47,750 nt of DNA from Cystobasidiomycetes sp. EMM_F5. Taxonomy: Eukaryota. The notes under the pieces were generated by a model. That model had not been told where the DNA came from. It ran no database searches and saw only the letters and a list, made by a program, of their open reading frames with translations. Location: the NCBI GenBank assembly GCA_051047955.1, contig JBPGPT010000043.1:62001-109750 (forward strand). The letters run 5' to 3'. A program made the translations under genes and the position numbers. Positions 15,169 through 24,903 of this stretch are shown here, piece after piece; the stretch's first letter is position 1; each line of letters opens with the position of its first letter.

Positions 15169-15704
15169 TTATTGCGGCAAGACTTGCAGTGGATTCGCAG
15201 CAGCTGCGGCTTGTTGTTCTTTCCGGAGTCGTTCGACGTAGGTCCGCGATACGACATCGACTGCACATTCGCAAGAAGAAGAAGAAGAAGAAGAAGAAAG
15301 CCCATCCGAATCAGCCGACGAGCGTACAGGCAGATCACAGTTACACCAGATACTGACAGGCTTCCAGGTAACGGCCTGACGGAGCACAGGTTAAGTCAGG
15401 TCACGTCCAAATAGCGCAGGGCGTAATTAAACCTACCGCTACACCGTTGTAGACAAGCCTGATCGGTGCTCGTCAGAGAGCTGCTCGAAGACGGAAGACA
15501 TGTAGTATAGCATTTTTCCGTCAATTTCTGTTGATGCAACTGTTTAGCGAGGAATTAGAGAAACACGCCTTGGTTGTTGCGCACATTTACGAGCTCCTGT
15601 AACGACACGACGGAGAATTCTTGTCGAAGCTGGCTCATTACCTCGGCTTTCCGAGCATTTTGGTCTACAGACCCGGATGACCCTGATCTCGAAAAGAGCG
15701 ACAT
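15169..15704 (-). CDS. TIM13: Mitochondrial intermembrane-space small Tim chaperone Tim13
   Basis: Absent as a single ORF from the track. Spliced exons give MSLFSRSG...SLQELVN-KLTEKCYTTC...ACLQRCS-GRYLEA-FDVVSRTYVERL with a twin CX3C motif; 18-nt exon at 15358-15375. Confidence 0.88.
15273..15298. repeat. (GAA)n/(TTC)n microsatellite forming the pyrimidine tract of the last TIM13 intron
   Basis: Run of about 8 GAA units just upstream (on the minus strand) of the TGTGCAG acceptor. Confidence 0.85.
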
Positions 15705-15936
15705 TGAAATAACGAAGAAGGGTTTTGTATGGCGTGGATGTGTGTGGATGTCAAGTGGATCTGATGGAGCTTATCACCAGATCGCGATTCAGGATTTTTG
15801 GAGACAAGCGGTCGACCAACTTCAGGTTGCAGGTCAGATTCGCCCCAACCCTTTGGATCTGAAACCAGCACTTGGACTCGGAATCCGGACAGAAACTACC
15901 AGCAGTAACGACACTCAGCAAACAGTCGTCTCCGAC

Positions 15937-17361
15937 ATGGCCGACGGTATGTGCTCACCTCTCAGTGTTCCGACTCTTCAACGTCCACAGTTCCAGCTGC
16001 CGCGACAGGAGGTCCCAGTTGCATTTTGGGCCTCGGTTCTCGTCGACGCGGAATAAACGTCGCGCACGCTTACGCCCAGGCGTAGACCGTATCGCGTTCG
16101 CACTGACATATCGCGGCTCGCGCCTACCCTTCACCGCCTGACGTTTTGTGGGACGCTGAATCGTATACCACGAATATGGTTGGCCGCGAGGCCGCTTGTT
16201 GCGGCATGGGGCGCATCTATAAAGTATTCGGCTTGTCTTATCGGTATCGGTACAATGTCTTCACCGCAATCAGCCTTAACGCACTCAGAAACCCTGCAAA
16301 TCCGAATCCTCGCTGACATTCGCCTCCGACCTCGCTCCTATCTTACCGTCTACGCCCTATCGGCTGTGCGCTACTCCAGAACAATGGCAACAGGGCCGCA
16401 CGCCGTCTCCTCGGCGTGACCAGGGCCGCGACGATATGGCGTAAGTCGGTAAATTCGGCATCCTAGAGAGTGTGATGCTGATTGGCGAATCTCTCAGAAA
16501 CGGAAACAGCAACGGCAACGCATCCTATGCTCAACAGTCTCGCGACGGACGACCGCCCATCGAGGCGAATCCTGGCAACAATCTCCACGTAGCTGGACTC
16601 GCCACGAAGACTCGAGAGACCGACCTTGAGGAAATTTTCGGCATCTTTGGCAAGGTGAGCAGGCAACAGCAACCTAACTTTTGCGTTTAGTACTGACGCA
16701 CACTCAGATCGACAAAATTCAGATTATGCGCGACCCTCACACCAAGGATTCGAGAGGCTTCGGATTTGTTACGTTTGACGTCAATGAGGATGCTGATGCA
16801 GCCATGAAGGCTCTAAACAACACTACCCTTGATGAGCGTACCATCACTGTCGAAAAGGTAAGACGCAGCGTGCCGAAACATCCAACAAGGCTAGGTTCTG
16901 ACCGGCGACTCTTTTGACCTCAAGGCTCGACGCGCCCGCGCCCGTACTCGTACGTTGATATGTTTTGCCAGAATTTGCGCCCAGCAACTAATTAATCTGC
17001 CTCAGCAACCCCGGGACAGTATCGCGGACCGCCTAAACGTCGGGATGAGCGTGACATGGGTCCCCGTCGCTACGATGACCGACCATCCAGAGGAGGACGA
17101 GATGATTATCGAGGACCACCTCCCCGCGACTATGGCGGTGGCTACGGCTACCCACCTCGAGGAGACTACTCAGATTCGCGCAGAGACGCCTACTCGGACC
17201 GTCGCTTCGATGATAGACGCAGAGATGATCGCGGTTACGACTACAGGCGTGATGACCGTGGCTACGACGACCGTCGCGGACCTGATCCACGCTTCGATGA
17301 CCGTCGCCGTGACTATGGTCCACCACGAGGAGGATACGATGAACCTCCCCGTCGCTACTGA
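15937..17361 (+). CDS. Transformer-2-like single-RRM splicing regulator with RD/RG/Y-rich tail
   Basis: 10-nt first coding exon (ATGGCCGACG), intron 15947-16379, then NPGNNLHVAGL (RNP2), SRGFGFVTF (RNP1), VEKARRARARTPTPGQYRG (Tra2-type post-RRM motif) and RD-rich C-terminus. Confidence 0.82.
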
Positions 17362-17942
17362 GAGAAGACACTGGTCAAAGGTGCGTGGGCAAAGTCTGTT
17401 TGTTAGCCAAACACTAGCAATAGACTTTCGCCTCGTTTTGTATCTTTCCGTCTTGAGACTCTTTCAATCCCAAAATCCGTTGTGACACATTTGTCTGAGA
17501 ATGATTACCGCACATGATACAGCGAAGAGAAAATTTAACTATCTGACAAGAGTGATCTCCGTAGGACAGACTAATAATCTCTGCCTACGCAGATCTCTAG
17601 ATCTGGAGATCTGTTAGATTTATGCTCCGCCCTGCTTTGCGCTGTCGCAAAGAAGACCACGCCATCCGCAGCGTTTAATTTACTGACAGCGCTGGATGCT
17701 GCTATGACGGTTTCCTGCGACTCGGATAAGCCTATGTTCACCCAATCAAACTCAGACACCATTCACCGGCCTTATTCTCTTTTCGTCAGGCGCATCCAGC
17801 GATGGCTTTCCTGTTGTAAACGCAAGTGAATGCTTTAAGCCAAGCTAAATTGGGCATGTGCATGTCGTCCGCTTACCTAGCATCACTGCTGCCTTGGCAG
17901 CTTGACTGCGACGAATAGTCGCACATTCAATTTGGTCCTCGA

Positions 17943-19060
17943 TCAGGCTAAGCATCGCTGCGAGCTGGTCGTTGACCTTGGCCAGCCTTCGGTTCTCCAA
18001 GTCGCTGCTGGCGTACAATTCCTGCCAGGCGGTGTTGCGGGCAGTTTGCTTGGCCAGACTGCGTGGAGCTTAACATACTCATCTACCCGGACATGCTCGT
18101 TATTGTCGAGATACCAGTCTCTCTGAATCGCTGGTAGGGTGCCTAGATTTTTGCTGGATGTGGCTTTCGGTGCCTTGAATTTGGCATTTGTGGGATCCCA
18201 TAACTTCCTTTTCTTGACCGGAGAAGCATTTTGACGCTTTGATGGCGATACCGGAGTCAATGTACGAGCCGAGGATGGCGGCCGAGTAATCGGCCGAGCA
18301 GGCAGAAGCGCCGTCGAAGCAAGAGGGGAACAGGTGCAAGATGCCCCGGGATGCTGAAATTCTGGAGGCCGCCGAGCGTACTCCATGCTAAAGTCGTGAT
18401 GCATGAGGGAGATAGATACGGCATCTTGCGAGTGTCTGGAGGTTGCGAACGCAGCTGGTATCTGCGAGAAGGTCCGAGCGAACAAAGTAGTCTGGCCAGT
18501 TCCGCGCCTGTCCGATGAGTTGACAAGGAAATCCTGTCAGATCATCACGACCGGCCTGGCCTCGCCTCAGGATCCAGAGGCCCTTGAGTGGTGCTTGAGT
18601 ACTGCAGTGATGTCGAAAATGTTCGCACATTGTCCGACACCTTCGTTTTGGACCGGACCATGACAACGCTGGTCGTCAATATACAAGGGACATGAGCCAG
18701 AAGGGGCATCTACTCACCACTCAGTAGGCTCGATGTATCCCCATAGACCCTCTGGATGAGCAAAGAAAGCCCTGCATGTTCCGTCGCCCATCGCAGAATG
18801 CGCCAGCTGCAGCCTCCTTCTGCGAAAATAGGTGGGGAAATTCGGTCAAACCAGAATTAAGTGAGCGCATTATCGTCACAGGAAGTTAAGATTTGCGTGG
18901 AGGGGAGTATAGCCGGCGTGGTGAAGTCTTTTGCGTAGAAGAGGCTGAAATTTCGGATGTGCGAGTGGATCAAGCGGAATCGATCGAAAGCTGGAAGCGC
19001 ATATGTACTGAACGTTGCGATAGTATAGACTCCCGCTTCAGTACGAATATCAAAGATCAT
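17943..19060 (-). other. Possible degenerate or lineage-specific multi-exon coding region, function unknown
   Basis: ORF fragments (17943-18485, 18857-19168) with splice-like signals (TTTTCGCAG near 18820, GTGAGT near 18715), but I could not build a convincing continuous frame or recognise a domain. Confidence 0.25.
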
Positions 19061-19423
19061 GTCAGTTGTCAGTAGATAGCCGAATCTACACTCCGCCGAG
19101 GGGCGCACTTTTTGCGGGGCTTGGAGAAAATTGCAGAACAGAACGCATGTTTGATGGAGCGGATACAATAGCCTGCATATATGGCACGAGTGCTGCGCTT
19201 ACCCGATCTTGCAACCGAGAAAAGCCGGTCACAAGACAAGGCATGGGAATACACAGTTTGTTGATTGAGAAATCCAGCTGGATACGTCAAAGCGCTCAAC
19301 CTGAGAGCTGTGCAAATCTGTGTAGAACACTTGCTGATGTCACTCAAATCATAGTTTAACAAGCACCTGTCTGCAATTGAGTCGCTTCAGCACTGCAAGC
19401 CGTCAAAGATTGAGAAGCGCGCT

Positions 19424-20044
19424 ATGGCGGGAGGCAGTGCTCCAGAATTCCATGCTCGCTCGGCAAAGACGATGTACGAGCGGTCTATCGTTTCTGTAGG
19501 ATTGCCGCAAAGCAACGAGCGCAAGGAGCAGATCCGCGTACTGCGTCTGCACGCCCCGCATCCGCTTGGCGTAACAGTGTACGTGCCCGACAAGATGCCA
19601 GTTGAAAGCAAGGAATGGAAGCAATGGATGCTCGACATGAAGCAAGGGACAGTCTTGCGCGTCTCTGCCTGCGGCTATACCGGCACTCGTGCACTCGAGC
19701 GCAAGCGTGCAGCAAAACGCGAATTGACGGGCACCAAAAGCCAACAAAAGAAACCGAAACCACGAAAGTGCGGCAGATGTCATTTGACCACTTGCACCGC
19801 CGGTGGTTTCCGCGGCGCAAAATTCTGTAAGAACAAGCCTTATGATCCGAAACTGTCAAAGTCTAGGCGCGAAAAGGTCGATGAAAGTCAAGCCGAGCGA
19901 GGCGTAACGAAGAAGTCGCGTAAGAAGCGCTATGCAGAGGACGAGGAGGACGAGGAGGACGAGGAGGATAAAAATGAGGAGGACGAGGAGGAGGGCGAGG
20001 ACGGGAACGAGCAAGAGGTTGACGACGAGATGAACCTTGATTGA
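19424..20044 (+). CDS. Intronless hypothetical protein with Cys4 zinc-binding motif, basic region and acidic tail; possible transposon-derived remnant
   Basis: 206 aa ORF with KPRKCGRCHLTTC-x10-CKN, Lys/Arg-rich NLS-like stretches and poly-E/D C-terminus. Confidence 0.5.
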   Translation: MAGGSAPEFHARSAKTMYERSIVSVGLPQSNERKEQIRVLRLHAPHPLGVTVYVPDKMPVESKEWKQWMLDMKQGTVLRVSACGYTGTRALERKRAAKRELTGTKSQQKKPKPRKCGRCHLTTCTAGGFRGAKFCKNKPYDPKLSKSRREKVDESQAERGVTKKSRKKRYAEDEEDEEDEEDKNEEDEEEGEDGNEQEVDDEMNLD

Positions 20045-20308
20045 GCTTTCGTATCGTAAGCTTCACTTTCCCTTCAATGTATGCTAGAAACGCGATTCGT
20101 TGCTGTAGTGCCTAGATGCTGGACTCGATTCCGCTGATTGTCATTCAGTTGTGCTCTTGCTTGTGCCCACATGTTGCAGCAATGTCGAGCGCGCGGAAGA
20201 TGCCCATTGCGGGGATGAGAAGCGGCGGGAATGGCAGGAAAATTCGAAATATCTTGATAGAGATAGAGAGACATGGTTGTGCAAAAGCCAGTGAGGTGGG
20301 ATCACAAC

Positions 20309-20471
20309 GGAAAGTTGGCCGAGTGGTTATGTAAGCGATTCTGCTTCGCTTTTGATGCTTGTAGGTCTGACCGTTGAATTTGTAGGGCGTCGGATTCAAG
20401 CGAAAAGCTTTCATCGGAAGATGGGTATCCCGATCACGCAAGTGGCACGAGTTCGAATCTCGTACTTTTCA
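20309..20471 (+). tRNA. tRNA-Leu(CAA) with a spliceosomal-type intron in the D-arm (20331-20385) and a canonical 37/38 intron (about 20401-20427)
   Basis: Mature sequence GGAAAGT TG GCCGAGTGGTTAT^GGC G TCGGA TT CAA G^T CCCGA TCACGCAAGTGG C ACGAG TTCGAAT CTCGT ACTTTTC A. Acceptor, D and T stems and long variable arm all pair; A31:C39 mismatch in the anticodon stem. Confidence 0.88.
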
Positions 20472-20495
20472 CATATCTTACTTTTCACATATCTT
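20464..20495 (+). repeat. 16-nt tandem duplication at the tRNA-Leu(CAA) 3' end
   Basis: ACTTTTCACATATCTT at 20464-20479 and again at 20480-20495. Confidence 0.9.
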
Positions 20496-21122
20496 TTGTA
20501 CGGCGCCTTTAGCTCCCGATGTTGTTTGCGTTGTCTTTCCCCAGATGAGTTATGGAAAAATTCGTATTTTGGTCGGAAGATCCAAAACATGCGTAGATTC
20601 GCTCTATACAGCTTGTGGACGATGACCAATACAATCTTTCGCGATTCTGATGAGCTTTCTGCTTGCGGAGCAATTATTTTCTGGCATAGCTTACAAATCC
20701 GCAATAAAAATTGCATAGCGAATGGACAGCCCAAAGGACTAGTTTAACGTGTTTCGAGCTACGCACAAACAAGCAAGGCAACTTACAATGCGCTTCCTCG
20801 ACGGGAATTGGCCTTACCAGTGTTATTGTTATCGTCCAAGTTGAACCTGGTCCAGCAAAGGCAGCGGATCTTCCACGACTTTTGCGAAGCATGATCATTA
20901 GTCTTTTCGGATATAATCACTGCAAGAGAACCCAGCGTGTCAAATCAAAAATGATTGCGAGGGCTTTGCAGCAATTGCGGAGACCAAAAAACGTTCGGAG
21001 AATCACGGCTTGCTAAGACGGGCGACATACGCTGTAGGCGCTGCATATCGTCTATGGTACAGTACATCTATAACGCAGTCCAGCCCGAACAAAAATCACA
21101 TTTGCAGCTGTGAGAAGCCCAC

Positions 21123-21128
21123 AAAAAA
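21123..21128 (-). terminator. Pol III T6 terminator downstream of tRNA-Leu(TAA)
   Basis: TTTTTT on the minus strand, 12 nt past the discriminator base. Confidence 0.7.
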
Positions 21129-21140
21129 GATGGTTTAATT

Positions 21141-21282
21141 TGGAATGAGTGGGGTTTGAACCCACGCGTGTCTCCACAACGGTTCTTAAGACCGCCGCCT
21201 TGGACCACTCGGCTGGTAAACGGAGAATATTAGAAAACGACTCGTACATCTGAAAAAGTCGAGGCGCCTCACCCATCATTCC
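21141..21282 (-). tRNA. tRNA-Leu(TAA) with a 60-nt spliceosomal-type intron between positions 10 and 11 (21213-21272)
   Basis: Mature sequence GGAATGA TG G^CCGAGTGGTCCAAGGC G GCGGT CT TAA GA ACCGT TGTGGAGACACG C GTGGG TTCAAAC CCCAC TCATTCC A (82 nt). The perfect 7-bp acceptor stem forms only with the distal 10-nt 5' exon. Confidence 0.92.
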
Positions 21283-21335
21283 TGCTGGGCTATGCCTAAA
21301 CTTTTGCCACAAAGGTCGACAAAAACGTATATATA
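21281..21335 (-). promoter_or_regulatory. TATA element plus A-box-like sequence upstream of tRNA-Leu(TAA)
   Basis: TATATATA at 21328-21335; TAGCCCAGCAGG at 21281-21292 (minus strand) resembles the A-box consensus TRGCNNAGY(N)GG. Confidence 0.45.
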
Positions 21336-22593
21336 CCACATTTCCAAAAATCCAGAACTCGCAGATCAGTCACATCGGTGATTGCATCGCCGGGGGATCT
21401 CCCGTGGCCTTCCAGCATTTCGCGTCTGGAAAGAACATTCTGCTCGAAGATCCGTTCGATGTTTTGATATAGTCAGCATACGGCATTTCCTGCTCTGTCT
21501 GCAGCAGGGACGTCCCCCCAAAACGATCCGACCAAAACTGTCGGCCCGAGTCCGCCGATTCTGCCACTATACGCGCCATGAGCACGTTTGGCATAAAAGC
21601 CCTACCGTACGCTCTGGCAAATAAGAGTGCGTGCTTCAAGCCCACCAACGCCAGCGTACGGGTAACTCAAAGTGCTTTTGTGCGAGTGCCCGAAAGCTGT
21701 GTGCACGGGGCCTCGTGTGAAGTTTTTGCTTGGGCAATATCCGTTGTTAATAGCATGTTGCAAAAAAAATGCAGGCTTTTGTGTGTCGATTAGCTTCTGC
21801 TCAGAAACGCAAGCTTTGTTATCGGATGATCCTATGTCTTTAGTAATCCTGCTTTGCTGCGGGAATAAAAGGGCCCCGAACACGAATCTATGGGAATGGA
21901 CGAGCGAGTCTGCAGGAAATGGTTTGCAGAAGACGGCAGAACAGAGTGCGACCGGCAGGGGACCGTGTTAGGGGGGCGTCGAGGGGCCAAGCTGTGGCCG
22001 CTGTAGAGTAAATTGTATAAATTTATGCAGCTGGGGTTCTGAGGAAGGCGCAGCCCAGTGCAGTTGATGAGTAAACTGCCGTTCTCTTCTCTATTCTTCC
22101 ACTCCGTAACCCATCTTTCGCCATTCTTGAGCAATATTTTCCGAACAAAACGTGTGTACCCTGCGAGTGGTGACGCGATCGACGCCGAAAACGACGACAA
22201 CGCAGCGAGTCATCGGAAACGGGCGCAGCATCGGACAATCGCAGAGGGTGGACAGGCCTTGGAATTGGACTGCACAACTCTACTACAACCAAGCACATAT
22301 CATCGACACATTCACTGCACACTCTGCTGCTGCTGCCCGCTCTCTGCTCCAATAACCTGTCTCCCGTAATTCGGTCCGGCGCCGTGCAACCTCGAAACTT
22401 TTTCCAAGCTCGGCGATAAAATATTGGCAGACATCCAAGGAAACGACGACACTTCGACATCGTACTGGCTCGACACTGAGCAGCCATGCCCGCTGCGATG
22501 CTCCGGGACCCGACGACGTCGCCCTACATGAACGCGTGCAAGGCGGCAGCAGTTGAGCACCGGTCGTCGGGAAAGGGCAAACGTGGCAGCAGT

Positions 22594-24903
22594 ATGCCAG
22601 CACCGGACGAGGCTGAGGAGCCCTGCATAGTGTGAGTAGCGTGTAGTGCTGTGGTCTGCGAGCACTCGTAGCTGAGACTTGGCTCCAGCTGCGGCGCCCC
22701 AGTTCAACACGGCCTGGCTTATTGTTCAGACGCCTGCCGGCACGAAGACGGCGACGCTCCATCGCCATACCTGAGTCCAGTACTCGCAGCCAACGCAGTC
22801 CCAGCACTCGTCCCGTCAAGGCGCTCGCGCGATGGCGGATCCACATCCTCACCGCCTTCGTCGGCAACAAGTTCCCCTTCGAAAGCAGCCGAACACGATT
22901 CTGACATTGCAGACATCAAGGAGCTCAACCTTGGCCCTGCAGCTGCTTCCTTCAAGCGTAGCGTCTTCAACTATTCGTGAGTCTGCGTTGCTGTCGGGAC
23001 ACTTTACGCGCTGAATGTTGACACGGAATGTCTGGTTTTGACAGGTACGGCTTTGACACTGCGCACGCCGTAGCGAGATCGCCAGTAAAGAGCACAGGCA
23101 TGCGCAAGTCGACCAGCAACACTGGCTCAGTTCGGTCGCCTCTGTTGGCTGCTACCCTCCCTACCTCTAGTCCGACCGAAGTGATCACGTTCCGCCGGCG
23201 CCACCAGCCAGACAGCATTAATGCAGCCAAGCAGAGCACGGCAGTCGGTCACCCGGCTGCAGCTGCGGCAGTTGCACACGCTGCTAGGCGCAGGTCGTCG
23301 GGTAACGCTGGCGCATTGTCAAACGTTAGTCGATCCGAAATTGTACTACCTACGTATCAAACGACATCAAGACCGACGACGGCATCCTCTTCATCTTCAT
23401 TTGCGCGAGTGCAGCCCTTCTCCCCCGTCCTTGCTCCGACTACGCAGACCACTTGTGCACGTCGCGGTTGCCCTCTGTCTACCTCACAGTCCTCCAGCGG
23501 GCCTTCCGCGCTCATCTCTGCCCTGTCACCACTCACTCGTCGAATATCTGAACCGCACTCTCCTTATGCATCACCTCGTCCAGTGTCTCCCGAGGCCGGC
23601 GACCCATTTGAGCAATCTTTCGCGGGAGCAAGGAGTACATCCGCCGTTCGGCTACCCACCAATGCGACTCCCCGAGAACAATTGCGCAGACCATCACTAT
23701 CGTCTACGCAGACAGCACCTCCCGTAGTGTCAGTTGGCACAGCTACAGCCCGTCCGGAAGATCATGCTGGATTCTCGGGCTATCTTTTTAACCTGCACAA
23801 TCGAGAGAAAAAGGCGGCGACCGCGCCCACATCTCCTATGCTCAAGTCGCACAAGCATTCGTCTCCTCATGCATCACCTGTTCTTGCCGGTAAAGCTTTC
23901 TCGAGTCACAAAAAGGACAGCGGTTACGATGCGCACGATGAACAAGATAGTTCATCCTCCCGACCTGTCACCTCGCACTCTCGCAAAAGCAGTTCGTCAG
24001 CATTGGCTGCACAGGCAGCTGGAGAACATCTCACATCTACTTCTACATTATCTTCTCTGTCCTCTCGCAATAATCGTGAAGCGTTCAAGGACAAGCTCGC
24101 AACAGTCTTTGCCTCATCTGCTTCATCCTCCGATGCCTCATCAGTCCAGCGAAAAGCTGTTCAGAAGCCAACCCGATTTTTGTTTGGTCGGGGGCACTCG
24201 GCCCACAGTAAGGTTGCTGCTGAAGACAGCAAGGCTTCGGGAATGGCTGTAAATGGCGAACGGCCGTCGTCGGAAAGCGAAGAGGAGCTTAGATCGAGAC
24301 AACGGCGCCAGAAGGCTGCTGGCGTCATGACAGAAGCCACTGCCGACTGGCGCCCGAAGCACAACCATTCAACTTCTGTTGGTGAAGGGTCACAGTATGT
24401 CGTCAGCATCCGACCTTCGGCTGTTCGTAAAGCATCCAAGGATCGCGCAAATGAACAAGACCATGTTCCGCCACTAGTACGACGAGGAACAACTGAATCT
24501 GCCATCGCCTCGTCGTCATCGTCATCTGATGAGGCGGATCATGTCCCCATCGAGAACGTCCTCGCTAAGCTTCGTGAAGCGGAAGCACCGGCAGAGGCAG
24601 AGCGTCGCGGTCGTGGAGCAGAACGGAAGGTTTCAATCAATGGTATGCCACGAGTACCTGCAGTGTCGCCGTTCACAGCTCTGCAGCGAATGGCGCAAGG
24701 GACGGAAGTACGGCAGCAAGTAGATTCTACCGAAGGCCGGGGCAGGTCGAGACAGCGGGAGTGAGTTTATCACCAACAGATCTGTCAACAGCATACTGAT
24801 CTTCACTGCTCTCTTTAGCTCCTCGATCTCAGCAGCGACCTACCGCAGCGTCAGCCCTCATCGCTCACGATCTCGAGCGAGCTCCAGGGGCACTCGGCGG
24901 TAG
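22594..24903 (+). CDS. Ecl1-like zinc-ribbon protein with long Ser-rich disordered region
   Basis: Exons 22594-22631, 22689-22976, 23045-24760 and 24819-24903. N-terminus PCIVCGAPVQHGLAYCSDACRHED matches the CxxC...YCSxxC motif of Ecl1-type proteins. Confidence 0.7.

Noticed and set aside
15151..16056. Plus-strand ORFs with poly-Arg (15151-15414) and a 160-aa ORF (15574-16056)
   Set aside because: Antisense shadows of TIM13 and its promoter; the poly-Arg is the reverse of an intronic (TTC)n tract.
20352..20747. 131-aa ORF overlapping tRNA-Leu(CAA), which could explain the GT-AG intron as belonging to an mRNA
   Set aside because: Non-ATG start inside the intron and no protein-like features; the flanks form a tRNA cloverleaf precisely on excision.
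20836..20850. CCAGGTTCAACTTGG (minus strand) resembling a T-arm of a third tRNA
   Set aside because: Lacks C61 and correct stem geometry; no matching acceptor stem or D-arm found nearby.
21052..21339. 95-aa minus-strand ORF spanning tRNA-Leu(TAA)
   Set aside because: GTG start next to the TATA run and no recognisable protein; the sequence is explained by the tRNA and its intron.
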